A stretch of 64,000 nucleotides of DNA, from contig OY970296.1 in the NCBI GenBank assembly GCA_963716175.1, forward strand, positions 4,128,001 to 4,192,000, written 5' to 3'. Below are positions 9,735-18,635 of the stretch, piece by piece. How positions within the stretch are numbered: position 1 is the stretch's first letter; the number at the start of each line of letters is the position of its first letter. Under the pieces are notes generated by a model. That model was not told the origin of the DNA and searched no databases. It was given only the letters and a program-made list of their open reading frames with translations. The stretch is from an uncultured Armatimonadetes bacterium. Its GTDB lineage: Bacteria; Armatimonadota; Hebobacteria; Hebobacterales; Hebobacteraceae. The translations under genes were made by a program, and so were the position numbers.

Positions 9735-12178
9735 CAGATTGGCCCTCGGGTGAGGTAGGTGCTGACGAAGACCTGGTGCCAGGCCTCCTGCAGAGGGGCT
9801 TTGCGGGGAGCGCCGGCGAGGCCGGCCACCAGCTCCTGGAGGGTAACCGAGCGCCCGGTGGTGACCCAGGTGCTGCGGGCGCGCACGCTCAGCCCGCGCA
9901 CCGCGATGGGCCCCCAGTCGTTGGCCGCGTGCGTGAGCAGAGGATAGGCGAGGGGGCAGACCCACTCGATGTGGGCCTCGGTGCCGAGGTTGAAGTTCAC
10001 GGCGGCGGGGGCGCCGATGGCGTGCACCTCACCCTCCACGAACTCGGGCCGGCCGGTGGTGGGGTTGTCCCAGTAGTAGTCTATGGCGACGGATTGGCCG
10101 GCCTCGCTGAGGGGGAAGTAGATCTGCTGGCGTTCGGCCCAGGCATCGAGCCTCCAGCCATAGGTGAGCTGAGTGGGGTTGGCGCCGGTGGGCGGCCCCC
10201 CGGGCAGGCCGTTGAAGGAGCGCGCGTACTGGCGGGCGGCGAGCGAGAGCTGCACCCCCCAGTCGTTCTGGGCGCGGCAGAAGATGCGATAGGTGCGCCC
10301 TCCCCGGTTCGGGGTGTCTATGTCGGGGTTGTAGCCATAGACGCGGGCCGGGCTGTAGTTGAAGTAGAGCAGCCCTTCCTTGTAGTCAACATTGAAGCGC
10401 ACCCGGCGCATGAACGGGTTGGTGGGCCAGCCGCCGGTCTCGGCCAGCTCGTTATCGCTGAGGATCTCGCCGCTCTGGCGGTCCACCGCCACCACGTAGG
10501 CGTAGCTCCGCTTGTCAGTCACCCAGGTGCTCAGGTCTCGCACGTCATTGCCGTTGGCGTCGTAGATCCGCCTCACACCCCTGCCGACCTCCTGAGGTAC
10601 GGGCTGGCGGGGAGGGTTCATGTAGCCCGCGGACTTGAGACTGCCCACCGGGAGCTGGACCGAGACGCTGGCGAGCTGGTCGAGCAGGGCCTTCTCGGCC
10701 GCGGTGAGCTGAGCCACCGACTTGCGCATCAGCCAATCCTCCAGCGCAAAAGGCGGGACCTCCACATCGAACACCAGGATCTGCCAGTCGGCGACGCGGT
10801 AGTCCGCTTTCGCCACCGTGATGTCGGTGTCGCGCGGGTCGGTCTGAAGCCCGGGGGCGAACAGGATGCGGCCGCTGACCGTGCTCTCCCCGTCCACATA
10901 GTAGCCGTTGCGGGGCCAGTCCTTCAGCGCCAGCGCGCTCTGCCTGTACCCGTTGTACTGCTCAGCGGTGAGCGCGTTCATGCGCTCGTAGACCTGAATG
11001 CTGTTTGCATCCACTCCGAGAGGGAGGGTGGGATCGCCTGGCCCTATGCTGCCCGAAAGCACCTTCACCGTCACGCCGGTCACCCGCTGCCGGCTCAGCG
11101 GATCGGCGTAGTCCACCTTGAAAAAGCGCGCCATCATCGGCGTCTTGGTGCCCGGGCCGAAGTAGAGCTGACCGGTCTCCGTCTTGAGTGTGAACTCGCG
11201 CTCCAGGAGCTGGAAGGGGTCGGCGGATTTGGGTGCGTAGTGCCAGGGCCGGGCGTCGTAGATGTCGAAGTAGACTTGGCTCAGCGTCTGCGTCACTCCC
11301 ACCGTCGGCACCGCGCTCTGTGGTTCATACCGCAGCACGTCCACCGGGGCGTGGGAGAGCAGATAGAAGGGCACGCCGAAGCCGGTCTGGGGCAAGGTGC
11401 GCAGGTCCATGCGCTCGCCGAGGATGGTGCGCGGCAGATACAGGCTGTTGGGCTGCCAGTTGGGGTGGGGCTGGCCGGCCCGTTTGCCGTCCGAGCCCAG
11501 CATTTTCTGGGCGCCATCGAACTGGCTGGGCGTCAGGTCGGCGGGGTTGTAGACGAAGGGCCGCGCGATCCGGTCCAGGTCGGCGATCTGGGCCGTCCCG
11601 AGCGGGAGAGGCGAATAGCGCGCCGCGTCGCCGTAGACCAGCAACTGCCGCAGGCTGCCGCTGTCGTTGGTGACCGTGGCCGGGATCACCTTTCCGTCAT
11701 AGTCGGTGGCGATGATGGCATCCGGGAGCGCGTCCGGGTCGAGCTTCCAGCGGCCCAGCTCGGCGTCGGCGAGCTGGGAGGCGGTGGTCTGCTGCTGGCC
11801 GGCCTCGATGGCGGTGTAGCCGGGGGGGAAGACGCGCAGCATTCCATACACGCCGATGAGCAATACCACCAGCGCGATCAGCAGCTCGATCAGGGTGAAT
11901 GCGCGGGCCGCTCGTAGGGCGGGCGTGGCCAGGTCCGACGGGTCGGACCGCCATGGCGGCCTGTAGGGTGTATCGCAAAAGGGCTCACCGCGGGTGAGCG
12001 ACTTCAGCCAGGGGGCCTGCGAGGCAACTGGGCAGGAGCAAGCTCCTGCCGAACGGGTTTCGCGATACACTCTGCAGGGTCTAGCCGTTCCCAGGCCCGG
12101 CAAGGCTGGCATGGGAATGCCAGCCCTACCATCACCCCGGCGCCGCCGATGGAAACCGATCACGCCTGTTGCGACCAT
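9734..12178 (-). CDS. Large prepilin-type protein (PilV-like N-terminus)
   Basis: RA|FTLIELLIALVVLLIGV after a 93-aa leader; purine-rich RBS before ATG 12178. Confidence 0.85.
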   Translation of the reverse strand: MVATGVIGFHRRRRGDGRAGIPMPALPGLGTARPCRVYRETRSAGACSCPVASQAPWLKSLTRGEPFCDTPYRPPWRSDPSDLATPALRAARAFTLIELLIALVVLLIGVYGMLRVFPPGYTAIEAGQQQTTASQLADAELGRWKLDPDALPDAIIATDYDGKVIPATVTNDSGSLRQLLVYGDAARYSPLPLGTAQIADLDRIARPFVYNPADLTPSQFDGAQKMLGSDGKRAGQPHPNWQPNSLYLPRTILGERMDLRTLPQTGFGVPFYLLSHAPVDVLRYEPQSAVPTVGVTQTLSQVYFDIYDARPWHYAPKSADPFQLLEREFTLKTETGQLYFGPGTKTPMMARFFKVDYADPLSRQRVTGVTVKVLSGSIGPGDPTLPLGVDANSIQVYERMNALTAEQYNGYRQSALALKDWPRNGYYVDGESTVSGRILFAPGLQTDPRDTDITVAKADYRVADWQILVFDVEVPPFALEDWLMRKSVAQLTAAEKALLDQLASVSVQLPVGSLKSAGYMNPPRQPVPQEVGRGVRRIYDANGNDVRDLSTWVTDKRSYAYVVAVDRQSGEILSDNELAETGGWPTNPFMRRVRFNVDYKEGLLYFNYSPARVYGYNPDIDTPNRGGRTYRIFCRAQNDWGVQLSLAARQYARSFNGLPGGPPTGANPTQLTYGWRLDAWAERQQIYFPLSEAGQSVAIDYYWDNPTTGRPEFVEGEVHAIGAPAAVNFNLGTEAHIEWVCPLAYPLLTHAANDWGPIAVRGLSVRARSTWVTTGRSVTLQELVAGLAGAPRKAPLQEAWHQVFVSTYLTRGPI

Positions 12179-12198
12179 GTCGCCCTACTTACCACCTG

Positions 12199-13212
12199 TC
12201 ACATCACAGGTCCTGCGGGCCAGCCGGTATCGTTCTTGGGTTCCTCGAACATGCGGTTGTCTTTGCGGCTGGCCATGCGGTGCACGCTGCCATCGGCGAA
12301 GAGCACCAGGTCCTTGTCGCCGGCGCTGACCGGGCCCTCGATCCCAGGGCCACGCGGGGCCTTCGCCAGGCGATGGTTGGCGCACCAGGTGACTACGGTG
12401 TCGGCCGGGGGGTAGGGCTGGAGCAGATGGCGGTCCTCCACCCTGTCGCCGACCAGGAAATTCATGGTGCCGGGATTCCAGAAGTTCCGGCGGTAGTACA
12501 TGTCGTAGTTGTTCCAGCCGCTGAGGTCCGGCAGGCGGTCCCTGGTGGTGAGGTCGTTCTCCCTCAACTGGAGGGTGTTGGCGGGGCAGTGGAAGAGGTT
12601 GAGCCGGGTGACGTAGCCGCCGCTCCGGAACCAGAGCAGACCGTCGAAGCCCTGGCGCTTGCCGGCCACCGCCTGCCGGAGGTCGGCCCCGATTCGCGCT
12701 GTGGGCTCCAGGGTGACCGGCGGGAGCACCGAGGAGTAGATCCCCAGGTAGTAGAGGGTATAGAGCCCGAGACCGTGGACGCCGGTGTTGAGCGGGGTGC
12801 CGTCTGTGCCATAGGCGGCGTGGACGACGTCCGCGGGGTTGTCGGTGATCTTATTGGGGTCGGCCGGCAGGGGCAGGTACTCGGTGGAATCGGGAGGGAA
12901 GCACTGGTAGTCTTCGCGAAAGAGAGCGAGCGCCTGGCCGATGGCCTTGAGGTTGGCGGCGCAGGCGTTGCGTTCACCCTGGGCGCTCATGGCCTGGTAG
13001 CCGGGAACCACGATGGCGAGCAAGATGATCATGATCGCCACCACGATCATGAGTTCGACCAGGGTGAAGGCCGCTTGTAGGGCGGGTATGCGAAGCATGC
13101 CCGCCGCAGGCTGCGCCTTCTGATCGGCGGCGGGCATCCGCCTGCGGCGGATACCCGCCCTACACACGGCAACTTCCGGCGCCTGCCGGTGTAGATAGGG
13201 ACGTACGCTCAT
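12199..13212 (-). CDS. Prepilin-type protein (type II secretion G / DUF1559-like)
   Basis: AA|FTLVELMIVVAI, CAANLKAIGQAL, C-terminal LFADGSV. Confidence 0.85.
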   Translation of the reverse strand: MSVRPYLHRQAPEVAVCRAGIRRRRMPAADQKAQPAAGMLRIPALQAAFTLVELMIVVAIMIILLAIVVPGYQAMSAQGERNACAANLKAIGQALALFREDYQCFPPDSTEYLPLPADPNKITDNPADVVHAAYGTDGTPLNTGVHGLGLYTLYYLGIYSSVLPPVTLEPTARIGADLRQAVAGKRQGFDGLLWFRSGGYVTRLNLFHCPANTLQLRENDLTTRDRLPDLSGWNNYDMYYRRNFWNPGTMNFLVGDRVEDRHLLQPYPPADTVVTWCANHRLAKAPRGPGIEGPVSAGDKDLVLFADGSVHRMASRKDNRMFEEPKNDTGWPAGPVM

Positions 13213-13259
13213 CCACTCCCCCCGGTCTGCGGCTGCGGTCCGGTTCACAGCGGCCCGCA

Positions 13260-14582
13260 TCAGTGCGTCAGGCGGGGCTGCTCCGCCCATTGGTACTCGT
13301 ACTGCGGGGGCCCGGCGATGATCTCGGCGGTGCCGTCAAGCCGCAGGACGATGTCGGCTCCACGGTTGGCTTGCTCGTAGGTCACGGTGGGAGCGCCCCC
13401 GCCGCGCCGGCCGCGGCCGCGGCCGCGCTCGCCCGCGGTCCCCTGGGCCGTCGCGGTGCGCCGCTCGGGCGGTTTCACCGTAGTGGTATAGGGCCGATGG
13501 TAGGGACAGCGCGTGACGATGGTGTTCTCGGGGGCATTGCGGTTGATGAGGCCGGGGAAGACGCCGCTGGGCAGGCCCACGTCGTAATTGTGGGCCGCAT
13601 CCGCAGCGTGATAGGGCAGGAGGCTGAGGCTGGCGTCGTCGGTGCCATACCAATCCCACAGGGGCCTCTGCAGGCTGTCCTGGAGGGGATAGCGCCTGTG
13701 GTCGTTCGGGTCGTAGGGATTGACCAGCTCTCCCGCGGTCTGGTCCTCAGGGTTGTAGCTGAACCAGTAGATCTGCTGGGCGAGAGAATAGGGAAGGACG
13801 TCATTCACGAAGGCGAACTTATCGTTGCCCGGCGCGTCCGCGGTTGGCCTGACCACACCGAACTTGCCCTCGGGATCCCAGAAGACCCACCGATACCAGA
13901 AGGCGATGTTGTCGGCCCAGTTCACTCGCTGATTGCCACCCGTTCCCCCCGCCACACCGGGGAGGGGAATAGGGACGTAGGCCTCGTAGCGCCCTTGTTC
14001 TATCGACTTGGAGGGGTCGGGCTGCCACCAGATATAGCCCAGCCAGTTGTAGAGCATGTTATAGCTGGAGTAGTGCTCGCCGAACCAGGTCGGGTTGAGC
14101 CAGTTGCAGCCGGGATAGGGCTGCCTGGTGCCAGGGTAATACCCACCGTCGGGCGGGTCGTACATCTGGCGGGCCTGGATGAGGAGGGTGGCCGTGGGGT
14201 CGGTCAGGAACAGGTCTTGCGTACCGTCGGCTGACCGGAGGTGGAAGGCGCCCTGCTCTGCATAAGTCTTTCCGTCCTCGATGGGATCGTCCGGGCAGAT
14301 GAGGGACTTGCGGTTGTCCAGGTAGGTGGGATAGAGGGCGTTGAACCCGCCGGCCCCGATGACCGGATCATAGGGCCCCGGAAAGCCGCCTTCCTCCAGG
14401 CGGTACATGCGCAGGGCCATGCCGAGGGAGTGCAGGTTGGAGATGCAGACGGCCTGGCGCGCCTTCTCCCGGGCGCGCATCATCACCGGCAGGCCGATGG
14501 CGATGAGCACGGTGATGATGGCGATGACCACCAGCAGCTCGACCAGGGTGAACCCGGTCCGCCGCACGCGGACAGCTTTCAT
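13260..14582 (-). CDS. Prepilin-type protein (DUF1559-like)
   Basis: MKAVRVRRTG|FTLVELLVVIAII..AREKARQAVCISNL; C-terminal LRLDG. Confidence 0.9.
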   Translation of the reverse strand: MKAVRVRRTGFTLVELLVVIAIITVLIAIGLPVMMRAREKARQAVCISNLHSLGMALRMYRLEEGGFPGPYDPVIGAGGFNALYPTYLDNRKSLICPDDPIEDGKTYAEQGAFHLRSADGTQDLFLTDPTATLLIQARQMYDPPDGGYYPGTRQPYPGCNWLNPTWFGEHYSSYNMLYNWLGYIWWQPDPSKSIEQGRYEAYVPIPLPGVAGGTGGNQRVNWADNIAFWYRWVFWDPEGKFGVVRPTADAPGNDKFAFVNDVLPYSLAQQIYWFSYNPEDQTAGELVNPYDPNDHRRYPLQDSLQRPLWDWYGTDDASLSLLPYHAADAAHNYDVGLPSGVFPGLINRNAPENTIVTRCPYHRPYTTTVKPPERRTATAQGTAGERGRGRGRRGGGAPTVTYEQANRGADIVLRLDGTAEIIAGPPQYEYQWAEQPRLTH

Positions 14583-14733
14583 GCTTGCACCTCGCTCCTC
14601 TGATCCTGCCTGCAAAGCGGCCGGCACCGCGCCGGCCTCGCCGCGCGAAGCACGGCGCGCCCGCGGTCATGCCTACTCTTCGTATACCCGCAGCCCCGCG
14701 GCGGCCAAACGCTGGCCCAGCTCCCACGACGCT

Positions 14734-14855
14734 GTAGGGCGGGGTCCCCTGACCCCGCCAGGCGGCTGTAGGGCGGGGTCCCCTGACCCCGCCAGGCGGC
14801 ATGCGGAGATGCCGCCCTACAGCCCGTTCGAGGGCGCAATGAATTGCGCCCCTAC
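14734..14855. repeat. Cluster of four GTAG REP palindromes
   Basis: Two tandem GTAGGGCGGGGTCCCCTGACCCCGCC, then two inverted copies ending in CCCTAC; the last supplies the pilD stop. Confidence 0.85.
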
Positions 14856-15781
14856 CCCATGAACAACCCCGCCCAGTGATGATACAGCGACAGGGCGGCT
14901 TTTTCCAGCGCGGCCGGGGCCAGCAGCACGGCGAGGGCCGAGACCGCGAGAAAAGGCCCGAAAGGCAGGTACTCCATGCGGCGCCGCAGCCGCAGGGCGA
15001 GCAGCGCCACCCCGAGCACCGCACCGATGGCGATGGCCAGGCCGAAGCTGAGCAGGGCCAGCGCAGGCCCCAGCATGGCGCCGATGGCCCCGGCGAGCTT
15101 GACGTCCCCTAGGCCCATGCCCTCCCGGCGGAAGAGGAGCTGGCTGAAGCCGCGGATGAAGACGAACACCAGCAGGCCCACCACGCCTCCGGCCACCACC
15201 CGGGGCACCGCCAGGGCGGTGCCGGGGAGGCGGACCGAGAGCAGCGGCTGCCCGGAGGCCACCAACAAGCCCTCGCTCAGCACCGCCGCCGCCAGGGCGG
15301 CCCATACCAGCTTGTCCGGTATGATCATATGGTCGAGGTCGGTGAACACGACCGCGATGACAACGGAGGCGAAGATCCAGTACGACAGCACCTGCGCCAG
15401 GGCCAGCAGCGTAGGCTCCCAGCCTCCAGGGGCAGGAGGCAAGCTCCTGCCCAACATACCAACGGCGGCAGGAGGCATAGTGCCAGGCCCCGACGCCTCC
15501 CAGACGGCCACGAACACCAGCCCGGTGATCAGCTCGACGCCGAAATAGCGCCAGGATATGGGGCCGCCGCAGCGGCGGCACTTGCGCCCCAGGGCGAGGA
15601 AGCTCAGCAGGGGCACCAGATCTATGGGCTGCAGCCGCACGCCGCACCGGGGGCAGTAGGACGGCGGCGCGACCACCGATCGGTCCCTGGGCAGGCGGTA
15701 GATGCAGACATTGAGGAAGCTGCCCACCACACAGCCCAGCACAAACACCAGCGGATAGGCCAGCACCCTCGGCAGCGCCAA
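14852..15781 (-). CDS. pilD: Prepilin peptidase
   Basis: GSFLNVCIYRLP, two CxxC pairs, DLDHMIIPD, GMGLGDVKL, LPFGPFL. Confidence 0.95.
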   Translation of the reverse strand: MALPRVLAYPLVFVLGCVVGSFLNVCIYRLPRDRSVVAPPSYCPRCGVRLQPIDLVPLLSFLALGRKCRRCGGPISWRYFGVELITGLVFVAVWEASGPGTMPPAAVGMLGRSLPPAPGGWEPTLLALAQVLSYWIFASVVIAVVFTDLDHMIIPDKLVWAALAAAVLSEGLLVASGQPLLSVRLPGTALAVPRVVAGGVVGLLVFVFIRGFSQLLFRREGMGLGDVKLAGAIGAMLGPALALLSFGLAIAIGAVLGVALLALRLRRRMEYLPFGPFLAVSALAVLLAPAALEKAALSLYHHWAGLFMG

Positions 15782-15793
15782 CCGAGGGCCTCC

Positions 15794-17083
15794 TTAACCT
15801 CCGCCTCCGCCCCCGCCGCTCGATCCTTTCTCCAGCGCGCCGGACTGAAGCTCGCTGATGGCGTGAACCAGCGGCAGGAACATGGAGATCACGATGAAGC
15901 CCACGATCACGCCCAGCACCACGATCAGGATAGGCTCCAGGGCGGCGGTGAGGCTGGCCAAGGTGGCGTCCACTTCCGACTCGTAGAAGTCTGCGATCTT
16001 GGACAGCATGGCGTCCAGGGAGCCGGTCTCTTCCCCGATCGCCACCATCTGCACCACCATGGGCGGGAACATGCCGCTGCGCTGGAGGGGATCGCCGATC
16101 TGCTCGCCTTCCCGGATGGCGGCGCGAGCGGCGAGGATGGCGTCGGACATGATCTCATTGTCCACGGCCCCGGCCACGGTCTCCAGGGCCTGCAAGATGG
16201 GGACGCCGCTGACCAGCAGGGTGCTGAGGGTGCGGGAGAAGCGGGCGATGCAGATCTTGTGGTTCAGCTTCCCGAAGATGGGGAGCTTGAGCTTCATCCA
16301 GTCGGTGTGACGGCGCCCGATGCGGGTGCGCCCGTACTGGGTGACGGCGATGATAGCCAGGACGACGCCGCCGATGAGCACGTACCATCTGGTGGTGAGG
16401 AAGTTGCTTATCTGCACCATGATGCGGGTGGGCAAGGGGAGCTTGTCGCTGATGCCGAGGTCGGTGAACACCTGGATGAACTTGGGCAAGATGAAGGTGA
16501 CCAGGCCGATGACCACGCCGGTGGCGAAGACCAGCACCAGGGTGGGGTAGGTCATGGCCGACTTCACCTTGCGGCGCAGGCGCTCGTTCTCTTCCATGAA
16601 GGTGGCGAGCCGGTTGAGGGTCTCGTCCAGCACACCGCCGATCTCTCCGGCGCGCACCAGGCCCAGGAACAGGTTGCTGAAGATGCGGGGGTAGCGGCTG
16701 AGGGCGCGGGAGAGAGTCTCGCCGGACTCCACCGAGCCCTGCACCTCGCGGATGATCTGGCGCAGGCGGGCGCTCCCGGTCTGCTCCTCCAGCACCGACA
16801 GGCAGCGCACCAAAGACACGCCCGCGTCGATCATGGTGGCGAACTGCCGGCAGAAGATGGCCAGGTCCCGGCCGCTGACCCGGCCGAAGGAGGCCATGAA
16901 GCCCCCGCCCTTGGCCACGCTGGTGGTGGTCCGCGCGGCCGGGGCGCGGGCGGAGCTCACCTTTTGCACCCAGTAGCCCTTCTCCCGCAGCCGGCGGACC
17001 AGGATCTGCTCGTTCTCCGCCTCCGAGGTGCCGGTGATGACCTTGCCCAGGGCATCCTTGGCTACATAGTTGTAGGTCGCCAT
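15794..17083 (-). CDS. pilC: Type IV pilus inner-membrane platform protein
   Basis: FCRQFATMIDAG, GEIGGVLD, SAMTYP, GEETGSLDAML. Confidence 0.95.
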   Translation of the reverse strand: MATYNYVAKDALGKVITGTSEAENEQILVRRLREKGYWVQKVSSARAPAARTTTSVAKGGGFMASFGRVSGRDLAIFCRQFATMIDAGVSLVRCLSVLEEQTGSARLRQIIREVQGSVESGETLSRALSRYPRIFSNLFLGLVRAGEIGGVLDETLNRLATFMEENERLRRKVKSAMTYPTLVLVFATGVVIGLVTFILPKFIQVFTDLGISDKLPLPTRIMVQISNFLTTRWYVLIGGVVLAIIAVTQYGRTRIGRRHTDWMKLKLPIFGKLNHKICIARFSRTLSTLLVSGVPILQALETVAGAVDNEIMSDAILAARAAIREGEQIGDPLQRSGMFPPMVVQMVAIGEETGSLDAMLSKIADFYESEVDATLASLTAALEPILIVVLGVIVGFIVISMFLPLVHAISELQSGALEKGSSGGGGGGG

Positions 17084-17176
17084 GCCACCGCCTCCCTAGC
17101 CCGGTATGCGGCTGTATCAAGGCCGACGCGGCTGGCCGAGCCAGGGCGCGCGGAGGATTGATACAGCCCTTTCAGG

Positions 17177-18335
17177 CTACCCTTCTTCGCCTCGCGTGAA
17201 CAGCATCTTCTTCAGCTCATCTTGATTCATCGCCCGCCCCATCGCTTCCTCGTAGGTGATCAGGCCCCGCTGGTAGAGGTCGCGCAGGCACTGATCCATG
17301 GTCTGCATGCCCAGGTGAGCGCTGGTCTGGATGATGGAGGTGATCTGGTGCGCCTTTGCCTCCCGGATCAGGTTGCGAACGGCGGGCGAGGCGACCATGA
17401 TCTCCATCGCCGGCACCCGGCCGGGAGTGCCGGCGCGGGGCAGCAACTGCTGGGAGAGCACCGCCTCCAGGTTGTTGGAGAGCTGGATGCGGATCTGCTC
17501 CTGCTGTCCGGGCGGGAACACGTCCACGATGCGGTCTACGGTCTGCGCCGCGCTGTTGGTGTGAACCGTGGAGAAGACCAAGTGGCCGGTCTCGGCGGCG
17601 GTGATGGCCAGGGCCATGGTCTCCAGGTCCCGCATCTCACCCACCAGGATGACATCCGGGTCCTCCCGCAGGGCGTGCTTGCAGCGCGGCCGGGAAGGAG
17701 CGGGTGTCGGCTCCCAGCTCCCGCTGGTTGATGAGGCTGCGGCGGTGGGTGTGGAGATACTCGATGGGGTCCTCGATGGTGACGATATGGCAGGAGCGCT
17801 CATTGTTGATCTGGCCGATCATGGCGGCCAGGGTGGTGGACTTGCCGGAGCCGGTGGGCCCGGTTACCAGGATCAGGCCGCGAGGACGCCGGCTGAGATC
17901 CTCCAGCACCAGGGGCAACCCCAGCTCGCGCACCGTGGGGATGCGGGAGGGGATCACGCGGAAGGCGCCGGCCACGGAGCCGCGATCGCGATAGACGTTG
18001 ACCCGGAAGCGGGAGATACCCTTCAACTCGTAGGAGCAGTCCAGCTCATAATCGGTCTCGAAAGCACGGATCTGCTCATCCGTGAGGATGGCGTAGACCA
18101 TGCGCTGCACTGCGAAATCCGTCAGCACCTCGTAGTTGGTGGCGAGAAGCTGGCCGTCAATGCGCAGCACCGGGGGGACGCCCGCGGCCATGTGCAGGTC
18201 GGAGCCCCGCTTCTCCACCACCAGCCGGAGCAGGTCGTCAATGTGCACTTCCTCGATGGCGCGCACCTGGGCGACGCGGGCGGTGGGCAGTCGCTGGGTG
18301 GTGGCCGCGCCCAGAGACTCACTGCCTTCTCCCAT
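17177..18335 (-). CDS. pilT: Retraction ATPase PilT (frameshift near 17685)
   Basis: GPTGSGKST and TIEDPIE, then ALREDPD and AVRNLIRE in the adjacent frame. Confidence 0.9.
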
Positions 18336-18635
18336 GCTAGCACTTCCTCTCTACGACAGAATGCACGTTAGTAAGGCGCATGCCGCACAACCACACTATC
18401 GGCTCCACCGGAACGCCTCGCGCCTGGCGCCGGCGGGAGGCTGTGGTCGAGCAGCACCTTTACCATCAGTTATACCGCTTGCGGCCGCCCTATCTTGATA
18501 GCGCGGGCAACAATCTGCGGCTGCCGCCCGTGCGCTGACACGGCATCGGCCGCCCTTCCCGGACGGCCGACGGCGATCAGGCCTCGAGCTGCGCGGTGAG
18601 GGCGGCTCTGCCTCCGCCCCGGCCGGCGGGCAGCA

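Noticed and set aside
5561-11917. Long plus-strand ORFs (e.g. 744 and 713 aa) opposite the pilin genes, and similar shadows elsewhere
   Set aside because: Antisense shadows expected from high-GC codon bias; no recognisable motifs.
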